A stretch of DNA of 64,000 nt from Octopus sinensis. Taxonomy: Eukaryota. The notes below the pieces were generated by a model that saw nothing but the letters and a program-made list of their open reading frames with translations, did no database searches and had not been told where the DNA came from. The position numbers and the translations under genes are program-made. Below are positions 26,725-41,377 of the stretch, one piece after another. Numbering within the stretch: position 1 is the stretch's first letter; each line of letters opens with the position of its first letter. The stretch covers positions 109,182,001 to 109,246,000 of the forward strand of contig NC_042998.1 in assembly GCF_006345805.1 (NCBI RefSeq), read 5' to 3'.

Positions 26725-26934
26725 CATATATATATATATGCATAAATGCATAAAAGTTTGTATTTTTGAAGAGTGGTTTACAACGTACGTTTCCTGCTTT
26801 TGAAAGGTGCAATGATAATTCAAACAAATAATTGCTCCTTTAAAACAATGCAATAAGCAACCAAATGAACTTGAATGAACTATGAGAGTAGAATATATCC
26901 ATTGGCTAGAGCAACAATACTTCATTGTTCTAAC

Positions 26935-27560
26935 CAATGGATCTAGGTGTAATAGCTAATGTCAAGGTATATTATCTAAGAAGAGCATTAAACAACTCAT
27001 GAAAGCTATTGATAAGGACAGTTAGACACTTATGAAAGAAGTTCAACATCATAGATGCTGTGGATAACATAGTTGAGTCACAGGATGAAATTAAACTCTC
27101 ATTAAACTCTCAATTTTTAAGTGGTGCTGGAAAAAATATATGGCCAGACTGTATCAGAATTTTCCACAAGCAGAAAATCTGCATCAGATTTGCAAAGATG
27201 TTGTAACATTTGCAAATGATGTAGGGTTTGATGTCATATAGATGTCAATGAGTGAGGAAATTCTATAGAGGAAGTTCATCTAATGAGGCACTGATGCTGT
27301 TAGAACAAGAGTAAACTGAGAATACTGATAAGATTACGGAAATTCTACCAACTCACTTAAACTGACTTCAAACAATATTGTTAAAGGGCTGGCATTTAGA
27401 GAGTACGTTTTTGCTGTATTAAATCATGAGCATAACATAAAAATTCCAAGAGAAGTTTACAATGATTTCACTGAGCTGTACAAAGAGATGATGCACAATA
27501 AGCATGAAGCAATTTTGTTTAAGTTCCTCACCCCTCAAATAGGTGCTGATGATTATGAAC
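26935..27560 (+). mobile_element. Tigger/pogo-like transposase C-terminal relic
   Basis: Fragments DAVDNIVESQDEIK (~27054), IWPDCI (~27138) and DVVTFANDVGFD (~27197) resemble the Tigger C-terminus; many stops. Confidence 0.55.
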
Positions 27561-28529
27561 TATAAGATAGATGATAATGCCCCTCATTCTCCCTGTAAAT
27601 CTTATTTTGCCACCATTATCATTCACACAGTAGTCAACATCTTTTGTGGTAATAATGTACCATGTTACAATGTTAGTTTCTTATTTATTCCATAATGTAT
27701 TTTTCTTGAAATGCTTTTATTTACACATATTGTATCTGGTATTTTTAAAAGTTCTTATTTTCATGCATAAAAGTGGTCTTTTATTGTTTTGAAAAGAATC
27801 CCTCAGAATGCATTATCACATTATAATAAGAAAATCAGTGGGAAAATTAATTTCGCCTTATATGATTTCATGTTACAGCATGCTTTTCAGGAACTCATTT
27901 CTCTTATAACATGGGGGATTCTTGTATTTGTATATGTGAGTATAAGTGTGTGTGTTGTGTGTGTGTGTGTGTGTGTGTGTGTATCCTTAAGCACTAATCT
28001 AGAACAATAAAAGGAAACACAATCTAATGGGATTCAAACCTCATAAGTAATGTAGATCTCTATAGCAACAATTTCACCATAGAACACCTGCATATCTCAC
28101 TTTCTCTCTTTGTCTCTGTCTGTCTCTCCCTCTTGCTCTCTTAAGATAGGCTTTAAATGTTTTAATGGTACAAACCATCAATTAGACCACCTCAAATATC
28201 GCAGCAGGACTGCAGTTAATTTGTGGTTCACTCCAACCCAGCTATTATATAGACTGTTATACTATCATCTTACCTTAGCCCTAAGAGTAAGCTATAGATA
28301 TCAGATCATACTTTGATCTGATATCTATGATGAGAATTAACCTCAGGAATATGTATATTCATAAGTAATGGCTAAATATTTTAAATATAACTAATATAAA
28401 ATATTATAAGCAGTAATCCAAGATAGAAAAAGAATGCCCTTCTGTTGGGCTTAGTACTTCACATCTATCTAATTCTAGTTGATTAGAAATGATAATGTCT
28501 TACAATAAATACACACACACAATACATAT

Positions 28530-29145
28530 ATCATCATTGTTTAACATCTGGTTTCCATGCTAGCATGAGTTGGATGACTTCACTGAGGATTGGCAAACCA
28601 GATGGCCACATCAGGCTCCAATCAGATCTGGCAGAGTTTCTACAACTGGATGCCCTTCCTAATGCCAACCACTCAAAAAAGAATTCAGTGTATAAGGAGA
28701 ATAATACATCTGTACATTTCTTTTTACTATTACAGTCAATTATATATCATCATCATCATTTAACATCTGTTTTCCATGTTGGCATGGGTTGGACGGCTTG
28801 ATCAGGCTGGCATGATGGAATGTTGCACTAGACTACAGTCTAATTTTTATGGTTTCCTATGGCTGGACGCCCTTCTTAACATCAATCACTCCAAGAGTGT
28901 AATGGGTGCTTTTCCATGCCACCGGCATGGTGCCATTTGTATGACACTGGAGTGCTTTTACATGCTACCAGCATAGGTGCCAATTTGTATGACTCTGGTA
29001 TCTGAAACAACTGTAATTTTGCTCGACTTGATGGGTCTTCTTCTCAAGCACAACATAATACCAAAGATCATGGTCATTGCCTCTGTGAGGCCCAACACTC
29101 GAAAGAAACTCAGCCACTTTGCCTCCATGAGGTCCAGTGCTAGAT
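28530..29145 (-). mobile_element. Two RTE-type 3' UTR fragments (28530-28680, 28749-29145)
   Basis: Same ttccatgctagcatg / ggatgcccttcctaatgccaaccactc module as at 24.1 and 25.7 kb. Confidence 0.7.
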
Positions 29146-29498
29146 ATACAGTATATTTAATTTAAATCTGTCTAACACATGTTTCTGCTGCATGAATATC
29201 TTGAAATGTTGCTTTCATTTGCATCCAGTTTGTTCATCTGGCTAAGAATCTATGCAATCTATGCCACTTCATTCAAGATGCTGCACAATGCTGTCATTTG
29301 AAGTTAGTGTGTAACACCTTGAATGCAGCTACATAGACTCTTAACCTGATGAGCAAACCAGATGCAAATGAAAACCACATTGCAAGATATCCATGCAGAA
29401 GAAGCATATGCTGGACAGATTTAAATTGATTATATTGTATAATTGACTGTAATAATAAAAAATGTGAAGATGTATTATTCTTTTTATACACTCTGTAC
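28686..29498. mobile_element. Fold-back MITE (Tc1/mariner-like end ...ctctg-TA) with its left arm interrupted by an RTE fragment
   Basis: 28686-28748 is the inverted match of 29436-29496, and ~29156-29270 is the inverted match of ~29325-29428. Confidence 0.75.
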
Positions 29499-30199
29499 TA
29501 TTTATTATCCAAGAAGTCCTTTGGATGAAATAGCCATTAACATTGTTTAACTTGAATAGTCCTAGGTTGTTCCTTGCCATTCAATGTGGTTAGCCATGAC
29601 TTGGATTATAACAAAGTGCTTAAACGGTACCATACTGGATATAAATCCTCATATTTTCATTACATACATATATACATACATTCATTCTTACAGTACACAA
29701 CTGAAGCAACATTAAATTAAAATTGTTATTTATGTATCATACTTAATGTATCTCCGTGATGACAGGCAAGATACTGCAGTTTATTTTCAAGGTAAAATCT
29801 CTTATAGATTTGGTGCTAAAAACAATATATATAGGAGGGAGACAAAACTATGTCCCAGTAATGGCTAACAAGAATGCTGGAAGTATTTCGACCCTCATGC
29901 TTACAAATACCTGTAGTTACATATCTAGACAAAATTTATCATCTCTGATATATAAGAAAAAAAAAGCCAAAATGTATCTGGCATTCTCACTAGCCACTAC
30001 TGGGATGATTTTTGTCTCTCTGACAAATGTGTTAACACAGAATGTCTAAAAGACATTTTATCATGGGCAAAACAATCATATCTTATATGTGTATATACAT
30101 TAAGCATGTTACATAGCTGGCTATTATATATATTTGGATTTAGGGTATCTTAAGATATATAATTGTGTCTCTTTGCATAATTCCTAACATACTTATTAT

Positions 30200-30560
30200 T
30201 ATGGGAATTATTTCTATTTCAAATGTCATATTCTGTATTTATCTATTTCTAGATATTTATATTTAGATAAATTCTCCATTTCTTCTAAAGATACGTGTTT
30301 GCCCACTGGGACTGATATATCTATCAAGAGATATTTCTTGTTCTGGGCTCTTGAATAATAAAAATCAAGATGACTGCCTTTATTATTTTCTGTCAGTAAC
30401 AACTGACCTCTTCTCATTGATTACATTGTCATATTTTCTCAGAATCATCATGGTGTGCATTTATAGTATTTTCTCTACTGGGATTCTTGGTAATAATAGA
30501 ATATTTCAGTGTATGAAGTTTGCAATTCTATCATTAAAAAAATATATACTGTTTTGTCTG
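30200..30560 (-). mobile_element. Dong/R4-like RLE 3' fragment
   Basis: ORF 30226-30417: KYLLIDISVPVGKHVSLEEMENLSKYKYLEI, the RLE motif also seen at 45.3-45.4 kb. Confidence 0.75.
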
Positions 30561-32659
30561 AGACTGGGAATCCAGTGAAAAGTATAATTATCAGCTTCTC
30601 CAGCTTCCACCCAGTTACTATATTTTACTTCATCGAGTAACATTAATAGATTCAGTCAGAAAGATATTGTTTTAGTTCAATGAATATTTACTAATTCAAT
30701 CCAGCTCTGAGCCAAGGAATTTTCAGTTAGGATTGAATTCTTTCTTGATTTCTATCTGCTCTCTTCATCTTTTTCTGAATAATTGTCATGGAATGACTTT
30801 TCATACAATGACATTTTAAAATATCATGATAGAGGTGTTTTATTAATGTTTATTTTTTTCTTGTCAATTCTTCCTATTTCTATAGCTCTTTGCTTCAGTT
30901 TCTTATTTAAAATGACTGATCTCCTTAGGTGTAGGATTTGTTTATGTTACTTAGATATTTGATTTAAACCCTGCTCTGCATTTAATATTTTTGCCTTTCT
31001 GTTTCAAAATTAACTGAAACTCCCTGTGTCATCATCATATTTATGTCTGCTTTTTTCATACTAATATTGGTTGGAAAGATTACTTTTAACACAGCATCTC
31101 TCCCCTTATCTGAGTCCTTTGTCACCTTGAATTCAGCCTTCATCATTTTCTTCAGCTACACTTCTTTGGTCTTCCTTTTTTTACAGACATCTTCACTTAG
31201 CAGCATTTAACACTTATTTTTTTTTACCCAACTATCACTGCATGCATGTCACATGTCAATACCATCATGGACTCCCCTCTTGAATACTACAGGGAGTACT
31301 TCTGATGTCCAGTTTCCTCTTAGCACATTCACATGCATACTAACATTACACAGCCAGTAGTCAATGATTTGTCATTTTTGTCATGTCTTTTCTATGATAG
31401 GATGTCTTTCTTTTTACCAACCATTTTGTAGCATAAATTTGATGCATTTTATTATATTACCAACAACAGAGAAGACATCTAGATTAAAATATTCTTTTTA
31501 TACTGTATCAGTTGTATGAATATGAGATATAGGATTTCAGTTAAAGCTTATAACAATTATATATGCTTCAAAAATATTTATTCTTGCAACTAAAAACATA
31601 TTTGGAGCTAAGCACCAAATGTTTTAGCATCAAGTCAAGAATGGTGACTCTATTATATATATATTTTTGATTTTATAGATCTGTCTTCAGACAACTGTGT
31701 AAACTACTCCCTCACTTATTATTTTAATTCATTGACTTATCAAAACAAAATTTCGAATTTAGAGCAACACAAAATAGTTTTCAGAATTTTGTTATATTTC
31801 TTTACGAGTCTCAAGGATGATGGCATAAATGCCAGGAACATACAGTGTGAAAATTTAGTCAAATATACTCCCACCAAAAAGTGTATGGTTTTATAAGAAT
31901 ACTGAATGAATGAATAAGGAGCTTAAAAAAAGAGATCCCTTGACATTTTGAATTATTTCTTTGCATATTCTGAGTTCAAATCCTTGTAATTTTGAATCTG
32001 TTTTTCTTCTCTTAATAGGTTTACAATATAATTACTAATTATATAATTACTAATTATATAATTATATAATTACAATATAATTACTAATATAATTACTAAT
32101 TAAATTATGAGATGACTCAGTTGACTACATTTCCATTAAAATGTGTGACCCTAGAGCACTTACCATAGTGGTCAGTGTAATCTTGCATCTATGGGGTTCC
32201 CTAATTGGTCTGAGTTGAAGTTATCAAGGAGAACCGAATCATTCATCTCATGCCCACCACCGTTTGATATTAGGTAAACCCAAACAAACTATGTAACCTG
32301 TCTTTGTAATGTTCTTTTCATGTCCAGTTTACAACAGATCCCTAGTGATAAGAATGGTGAGTCTGAATGGGCTACTCTGAGTATGCTTTTCTAAGTAAGA
32401 GGAAAGAAACTGGGAGAGCACACTTTTATTGCCTTGGAAATAACTGAGAATCTAAGCCTTTTTGTGTGGGCTTCTCTCAAAGTTACCCAAGGTGAACTGT
32501 GACACTATTGGGGAATTATTTTCTTGTTGGAATCTTTTTTTAAATTTTAATTTCTGTCTTGTTATATTTTTATTGTTGATTTCTTTCTCTAATTGATGTA
32601 AACCTCAACTTTTGTGCATTGTATTTCATCCTTCTATATTGTCTTCAATGTCCTGAGTC

Positions 32660-33150
32660 TTTGTGGCTAATAATAGACAGTATTATAACAATTATTATCA
32701 TGTTGAACACCTGCTGTTGCATGTAGGAGACATCCATCTCTCAGGTAAGACCACTGTGAAGATTGCCCTGCCACCTTCCTTACATAGGGAAGGACGGACA
32801 GTTTTTATTTGTTTGGTGGCAGACCAGACTGAAAGAACTGAGACAGATATCTTCTTCTTGAGCAAGCCATCATCAACTTTTTAAAATTTCTTTTGAAAAG
32901 GAAAGTGAGGCTGTATAGGGAAGTGCTAATTTCCAGCAAATTAGTTGAAAGGTGGATAAGAGTGGTAAGGATAGGTTTTGTAGCCCTGCTTGCTCTGAGC
33001 ATGTGTCAGTACATGAGGGAAGAGGATAGCATGAGAGCACTCACACTAGTAATCATGGTGACCATGGTTTTGTGGGATGTCCAGAAGAGCAGTACCAGGA
33101 GGTTTCCTCACTTTTTAGAAATTAATTTTTTCTTTCTTTGCTTCTGTTAT
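32660..33150 (+). mobile_element. L1/Tx1-like LINE C-terminal fragment
   Basis: HVEHLLLHVG.IHLS...VKIALPPSLHREGRTVFICLVA and KRKVRL.REVL...VERW; same family as 34.4-35.2 kb in the opposite orientation. Confidence 0.6.
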
Positions 33151-33167
33151 TTTATTGCTTACACACC

Positions 33168-33225
<58 letters not shown>

Positions 33226-34399
33226 TATTATTATTATTTATTATTATTTATTATTATTATTATTGTTATTAGTATTATTGTTGTTGTTGTTGTTGTTATT
33301 GTTGTTGTTATTAATATTGACAACAACAACAATAATGATAATATTGCCATTTTATTTTGTTACAAGTATTTTGTTATGAAAATATATATATATTTAGAAC
33401 AAAAGAAATGGAAAGGATATTAGAATAGCATTAAAGTTTAAATTCAACATCAGGTGTGATTAATATCTTTCCAAACAGAAGGTGTATGCACTTAGACTTA
33501 AAAGATGAACAATGTTAGATTGTCGAAGCTGATAAAAGTCCACCATGGAAATAAAATAATGGCACAGTTTCAGTTGTACATAGATAGTCATATACTGACA
33601 GGTCTTGAGCATAAGGTGAAGCTGCTGTTGATATCAGAATTATAAGAGAAAGAGAAGTCATACTGGAAAACCTAGTATGACATCTACTACTGACAGTTTT
33701 TGCAAGATGTATATCACAGAGCTGGATATCTGCTAAATGAATTTAATTTGCATATGCTAGCTCTTTTTGTTTCTGCTTTGGAATATATTTAATGGAGCTA
33801 AGCACTGAAAGGAATATTTCTAGTCCATGTCAAAATGTTTTATCATCACATAAAATTCCAAAATGTTACCTTGATCAAAAGGCCAAAAAGGAAAATAAAA
33901 CATATGAAATGATAGACAATAGAACTAAATAATCTTCATTGTCTACTTTCTGCCTCTCAACATTCTGAATTCAAATTAATAGTGAGAAAGGTGATGGAAG
34001 AAAGTCGTTACATTCTCTCTAATGCTGATAAATTGAAATTCTATCATGTACTGGAATCAGCTCAGTCAATTATAATCATCTACAGTTTTGTGGCCTAGAA
34101 ATAACTATTCCTAATTTATTACTTCAGAAATAATAAGTCTCAGAAACAGCTCACTGCTATTTAATAGTTGAAATAATCTGTTTATTGGCTAGTATTCAAA
34201 CTGAAGCTACCTTGATACTCCAGTCTAACTTAATGAGTTTAAAATTATAAGCATTAATTATATTTACTTAATATTATACGTTTCCCTTTCTTCAAAGTTC
34301 AATACAAATTTTTATAGAAGAAAGATCATACTTCACTCTTTTATCTCCGTTTTACTTCTATGACCACATTGTGACTTTTTCTACTTAGAGATGATAAAG

Positions 34400-35245
34400 T
34401 TTAAGTGCAATTTTTAGCATGTCAAACAGACACATAGAGGTTACCAAACAACCTCTTTCACAACAGTTGTCAAAGTAAAACCGCCTTTCCCTGCCTAGTT
34501 AAAGGAGGCCAGCAGAGAAGTCATTACAATGGAATTGGTTCACAACCAGATCTGTCCTACACATGACAGCAGCTGTTCAACATTACTCCACAATTCAATT
34601 CCTTGATACTGAACAAATGCACACACAACAGTTTCATTGCTCTGTACAAAGGTTTATCTGATGACACCTTAGTGTCTGTAGAGTTTATCTTAAACTAGCA
34701 TCTTCCTCCAATAGCACCACCAGTTAAGGACTTCTGGGAGTTATATATTGGAGTCTCCAGCTTCAAAGTTCTTCAGAACGTACTGGCAAACTTGTTCTCA
34801 TTGACATCCAGAGTTTTCCCAAATGTGTTGTAGCCTAGGTGGCCTGTTTTGGTCTTCATTTCACCTAGGGCTACAGCCCTGTCAAGGAGATGAGCTGTGG
34901 AAAGATGTGTCTCACAATCGGTGACCACATCAGCTTACCATATAGTAAACTCTGTAAGTGGCACAACCAGAGAGTATGTCTGTGCATCAGTAGCCACAGG
35001 ATGCCAAGTCCACCATGCAAAACCTGGCAGCCAATGGACTATCTAACCAGAGGAAGGCTTCCTTCCTACAAAATATCAAAGAGCAGGTGCTGCAATCTAG
35101 TCAGACAGAAACTAGGCCAAAGTATGACAGTCAGGTGGTACACAATGACAGAGGTGGTGAGAGCATATGACACTCTGCCCAACCTTTCAGGGATAGTCAC
35201 TTCATTTCTTTATGAGACTGGCCAGAGGAGTTGGCATCGACCACA
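34400..35245 (-). mobile_element. L1/Tx1-like LINE C-terminal fragment
   Basis: Minus-strand DKLYRH...NETV...LWSNVEQLLSCVGQIWL, homologous to the 32.7-kb piece. Confidence 0.55.
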
Positions 35246-36163
35246 ATCAGATGGTGCTATATATATATATTTATACATAATTAGAATAAAGTCATTATTT
35301 AATGATTTATCAGTGGCCAGCATACTAAAATACCATAATGGTTAATTTATATTAAAATTATATAATTTATGTGTGTCTGTCTCTATGTATGTGTGTGTGT
35401 GTGTGGTGTGTGTGTGTGTGTGTGTGTGCGTGCGTGTGTGTGTAGATAGATAGATAAATAGATAGATAGATAGACAGGCAGACTGACAGACAGACAAATA
35501 GGCAGGTAGATGTGTGGGATGAAGTGCTGAGAAAGGATCTTCAGGTGCTGAGCTTCACAGAGGGGATGACAAGAGACCAAAGCTTTTTGGTGGTTTGATG
35601 TGCTTGACAAGACAAGGCAAGCTAAGTAAAATTGTGGTTTTCCTTGGATACAGCCATGTCCCCTACATCTCTCTTCAGATGAGCAATCCTAATCTTGTGA
35701 TTTTTCATTGATCTGACTGTTATGTTTTGGTGTAGCTTTGTACAAGTTTGATGCCTTTTCTATCACCATCCCCATCACCATAAAATGAGTGAAATTTATT
35801 GTGCCATCAGCATGAAAGTGGCTACCTTCCAGGACTGAAGTATTGCCCCTCTTCAATGTAATAGTTACTACTCTCATAGATAGGTTTCCAAAGATCATGC
35901 ATTATATGTGCAGTGAATGTATGTCTTTTGTGAAATATCTTATAGTTTTAAGGTATAAATCTTTATAACTGAAATTAAAATTTTACCAGCATTAACTTTA
36001 TGCAGTGTGAAAGAGCTCAAGTTCAACATCGATGTCATCTATAAAATGTGTATATGGTGTATTGTGAGCATATATAATAGAAATATTCAGATTCTGTCAA
36101 CCATCCCTAAATTCACCACTCTCATTTTACTTGTGAGATTATTTAGAGTTATCTGATAAGGCA

Positions 36164-36198
<35 letters not shown>

Positions 36199-37599
36199 AC
36201 AACATATATTATATAGGGATAGTAACTTTTAGGCAGTAGGGCTTACCATATTGCCTGGGTCCACCATCAAGATGATTCAAACATTTAAAACAGAGTCCTC
36301 TCTGTTTCCAGCATTTTGTTCTCTCCTTTCACACATTAACCTGCAGCTGTTCAGGATAGGTATTTGTCATATCAATGTCAGCTATCATGAAATGTACTAT
36401 AAAGATTTGGGCACTGCCCCGTCTCCTTTAGCTAATTAATAAAAAACTAACTTTCTAACTTAACATGACTGAAGGAAGAGCTGTAAATGTTCACAATTCT
36501 ACATATGAATGAATACTTTTTAAAATTCTTTTTTTATAAAAGTTTTCCCACCACTTCCAACAGACAGGTGGCCTTTGGTTGCATCCCTCCAATAGAATCA
36601 AACTGTTTCACTGAGAAGTTAACATAAACTTCAGGGAAAGACACATCTCAATCTATATATATATAATAAAAACTTCCAAAGAAGGGTTAAAATTAGAAAT
36701 TGAATGATGCAATTTAAGAATCTAAGGAAGACAAATAAAACTAATTCTTCAGTTCAAAGTGTACATTTCTAAACTGGCAGTATTTGTTTGAAAATTCTCT
36801 TCTAATTCTGCATGGAAAACTTTGAGATTCATGGTATTATATCTTGAACTGGAATAGAGTAACCTCAATATTTGTTTGACTAAGACGTTAACCAGTGGAT
36901 TTCTATGCATTTAAGATAAATCAATACTGCTTGAAGAAGGATTGATTTTGGTTTGCACCCTCTCCCCACCTTTCTCTGATATCAACCCATATACCTTCAT
37001 TACTTAGTTAATTTACTTCAAAGTCAGTTAGATTTGGTCATGCTAATAAAATCTCATAATATTTTTATAAACATTCAAGAAATCATAGTAGTTCAACATT
37101 CATATTTGAGAAATAAGAAAATATACAGTGGAAAGTGTAAGAGATTTTACTGGTTGAAATTTAGATCAATTATACCTATGTATTTCAGTTTGAATTGTAT
37201 AACAAACTAAGTCAGCTTGATGATATAAAAGATTTTGTTTATGAATATGACTTGAATTTTGTTCAGGTCAATAAGAGTTGGATATATCATATAAAAATAC
37301 AAATGTCTAAAATGCCATCAATTCAGAAAACAAAGTAGAAATATTGATATAGAATGTAAAAGATATTGAATTATAGACTAGTTTGTCATAGATTCACATA
37401 TAAATTATAAACATTGTATTTTTGGCTAGTTGAGTGATCTCTATGTTGTCATTTGACTTGCTAAAAATAGCCGCCAAATCTCTTTTACATTATTCCTACT
37501 GTCTTGAAAAAGGATACAATGTATACTATACTATATCCAAATAAAGGGCAAGACGGTCATTGTTGAATAGCATTTGATTAAGATACATACTATATATAT

Positions 37600-37810
37600 T
37601 CTTATCTACTCTAGGCACAAGACCCAAAATTTTGGAGGAGGGGGCCAGTCGATTAGATCAACCCCAGTACACAACTGGTATCCAATTTATTGACCCTGAA
37701 AGGAGAAAGGCAAAGTTGACCTCAGTGGAATTTGAACTCAGAATGTAACGACAGATGAAATACCACTTAGCATTTCATCCAGGATGCTAACGTTTCTGCC
37801 AGCTCGTTGT
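37600..37810 (-). mobile_element. tRNA-derived SINE copy
   Basis: Reverse complement of the SINE module (ctactctaggcacaag...ggcaaagttgacctcagtggaatttgaactcagaa). Confidence 0.75.
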
Positions 37811-37899
37811 TTTACGCATACTATATATTATAAATCAGATAAGCTAATGTGTGTGTGTATGTGTGTATATACATTTATATACACAAATCACTTACACTC

Positions 37900-38350
37900 T
37901 GTAGTACATGCACACTGACAATATCCATCCAGTGGAGCATGTTGGTTTCATTTCTTTCAAGCCTTCACATGTACTCAGTAGTCACAGCTCATGTCTCACT
38001 GCTGTGTAGCATTTGCTGTCAATGCACAGGCATCATGCAATCTACCTTTCACTCTGAAGGAGAGACCCTTTGTTACTAACAGAGGTACCAGCTCTCTGAA
38101 ATTTGTGCAACCTGTTCTTATTTTAGCAACTACACTTTCAAAACTACCTCCTCTACTGCTAACTAATGGAAATTGTCGACAGCTTCTAAGGATTCCTCTG
38201 GACATTTGAAGACGTCAATGCTGTACAATCCTCATGTTTAATGTATCAGCATATCTGCCACATACAGACTGCTTTCTCTGTTAACTTTCCTGTGATACTG
38301 CTGCATCTCTTGTGTGGACATACCTTGTACTGGGTACAGTATATGAAGTT
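37900..38350 (-). mobile_element. RTE LINE fragment
   Basis: ORF 37996-38205: GGSFESVVAKIRTGCTNFRELVPLLVTKGLSFRVKGRLHDAC, homologous to 24913-25218. Confidence 0.8.
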
Positions 38351-38436
38351 TCTAACAACTATATATGCGTGCATTTGTGTGTGTGTGTGCACTGGGAGCA
38401 AGCTTACATATATATATATATATATATGTATATACG

Positions 38437-38468
<32 letters not shown>

Positions 38469-39592
38469 TGTATGTATGTATGTGTATATATACAAGAAGT
38501 AAGCTCACATTTGTACATTTAATAAGCATACGTACATATAGCATTGACGTGTAAATGTAACCTGACATTAAATCACTGGACTCTTACTCACAAAACAGAC
38601 TGGAAAATAGCTTGATGGCCTTGACCAAGCAAGGCTATGATCAAACAGGTTTGTCTGGCTTTCATCTACCCATTGGGAATAGCCAATATGTTTGTTCTAA
38701 AAAGATAAAGCAGCTTACAACTATTTATAAAAGAATGCTATGAGTAACAGGTACAGACCAAGTACATCTGTATACCAGTACAATCATTTGCAACACATAC
38801 TAAAGTACTAAGACATAATGTATTTATTAAATGAACAAATAAACTTGTTTACAATTTATCCACCTACATGCTGTCTCAAATAAATCAGCTCTGATGATAA
38901 AGAGTGAATGGAAAAGCTTTTGCATAATCATTCAACATACTAGAAATCACAGTCAAATTTCTCTCAAATCTCACAATTCTATTTCATAAGAGATGACATT
39001 TTGATAGCAAAGTCCTAGATATACTTCTGAACAAAAAACTGGACAGCCAAGACACATTTGATCATAGCTTTACTTGGTTAAGCCATGCTAAAGTTAAAAG
39101 TTCTGATGAAACCAACAAACAAAAATATGTTTTATCAAATCTCATTTTCCTTATTTTCCCCCTTTTAAATTAACAAATCAACTGTTCTTCCTGTGTTTAA
39201 CTATTTATCATAATTATTTTAATTTAAAAAGTCTTTCATTTAATCAACTACTGACATAATAGGTTAAAACATTCTTAAAAGTAATAAATCTTGAATGTAT
39301 ATTTGCTTACCATATATAAGTCTTATCCTTATTTTATGTAACAGTTGTAGATTTCCATATCAAAGCTCTACAAAGAGTTAGAAAATCTAACATATGAAAT
39401 AAAGATTTTAATATTTTAATAATTATTCTGCAACTTTCTCTTTTTTTCCTGTTCTAAAATGAAATACATATTGATTACAGATAAAGAAAAGTAGGATTTA
39501 TCACTGCTTCATGATTCTTGATAAAGAAAACGAGAGACAGTTTTTAGATATTATGAAATCTATTATCCTCATCATCACCATCATCATCATCA

Positions 39593-39649
<57 letters not shown>

Positions 39650-39650
<1 letters not shown>

Positions 39651-40105
39651 ATTGTTCAACATTTGGTAGTTTGAGGCGAATTTCTACTGCATCACCTGCT
39701 ACACCTCCATGTTGCTGGGGTGTGTGCAGTATTGTGAGTTCTTTTTTGTTGTTGGGAGTGTGCAAACTCTTCCTAGTACTGTATCGTGTTGGTTTTTTTA
39801 TTCTCTTGAGGTATGGTGCAGTTTTCTACTGTATTATTTCTTTTCTATTATGAGTTGAGTGTGTAATGCATTGGTTACCTAACTTGCTGGTGGAAGTTTA
39901 TTTCACTGGGTAATTGCTGTATAGTGTGTGTCTTGTGTTTGTGGGTTGTTTTGTTTAGGTTGTATTATTGAAGTGATAGTGTCTTGCATAGGATGTTGTC
40001 TATTCCTAGCAGGGCTATTTTTTGGATAGTGTGTAGTGTTGAGGATCCAGATATAGCTTCTACGTTTTGTTCGTATGCTTTTTATGATGCCCAATGCCCA
40101 GTTAT
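39650..40105 (-). mobile_element. Dong/R4-like extreme 3' end plus UTR with (TAA)n tail
   Basis: Minus-strand fragments LGIIK...KIALLG..NIL.KTL; tail array at ~39570-39648. Confidence 0.6.
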
Positions 40106-40109
40106 TATT

Positions 40110-41377
40110 GGTATTTTTGGTAGTAAGGTCTAATCTATTACATCAACCCCAGTGCTCATTTGGTGCTTATTTCCTCAATCCTGAAAGGTAAAAAACAGGC
40201 AAAGTTGACCTCAATGGAATTTGAATTTGAATATAAATCTGGAAGAAATGTCACAATACATTTTTGTCCAGAGGGCTAATGACTCTGCCAACTCACTGCT
40301 TTAACTCCTTAAATCCTTAAAATATTTTAGCCCGAAGGCCACAGCCATGCTGGGGCACCAAAATAATAATAATGATTTCAAATTTTGGCAGAAGGCCAGC
40401 AATTCTGTGAGAGGGGATAAGTCAATTACCTTGACCCCAGCATTCAACTGGTACTTATTTTATCGACCCTGAAAGTATGAACGACAGAGCTGAGTTTGGC
40501 AGAATTTGAATTCAGAATATAAAGCTGGAAGAAATATCACTATGCATTTTTGTCCAGTGAGCTAATGATTCTGCCAGCAGTTGCAGAACATAAACAGACA
40601 CGACTGAATGACCAAAGCATACACAGACATAAAACATGCCCAGTTCTACCTCGTCACATCAACACAGTATTTCTCCTGTTTATTTTTTACTTCGTCAACT
40701 CAAAGCAAGATGGTAATGTCATGTAACGGATTTCCTTGTGCATACAACACATAAATGCAAGTGTTGATTAAATAAATTATTTAAACCACAATCTGATACT
40801 TTCCCATTGTTTTACTTTGATGTCATCCACATGCCTATTTCATCTGCTACCTCAACAACATCTTTTGCTACACATCCTGCTACAGTCCTAAAAGGATTCA
40901 AGACAGAATTACCGACTGAAAATTATGGTAAAAGCATACACCAGAAAAGGTCTTCAAGAACAACAAAACTACTATGCTTTGTGGTATGCCAATACACACT
41001 GAGAAAGATTTCAAGGCTATTTGACTATGAAGGGCAAAGTTAACCTCAGTTGGATTTCAACTCAAAACATAATGATCCAGAAGAACAAAGCTACAAGACA
41101 TTTTTTCTGACTCTCTAGTTATTCTGCTTCTCTACAATAATAATAACAGCAAAATAATTGCTTCTGATTTAACATCAATGATAATAATTATAATCCTTTC
41201 CACTATAGGCACAAAGCCTGAAATTTGAGCCTGGTTTTTGACAGGTACTTATTTACCAACCTGAAAATGAAAGGCAAATTCAACCTTGGGGGAATTTTAA
41301 CTCAGAACATAAAGACAGACAAAATACCACTAATCATTTTCCCCGGCTTGCTAAGGATTCTGCTAACTCACTGCCTA

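Noticed and set aside
32893-33423. 176-aa hydrophobic ORF resembling a membrane protein
   Set aside because: A Tx1-like 3' end read through into (TTA)/(GTT) microsatellite.
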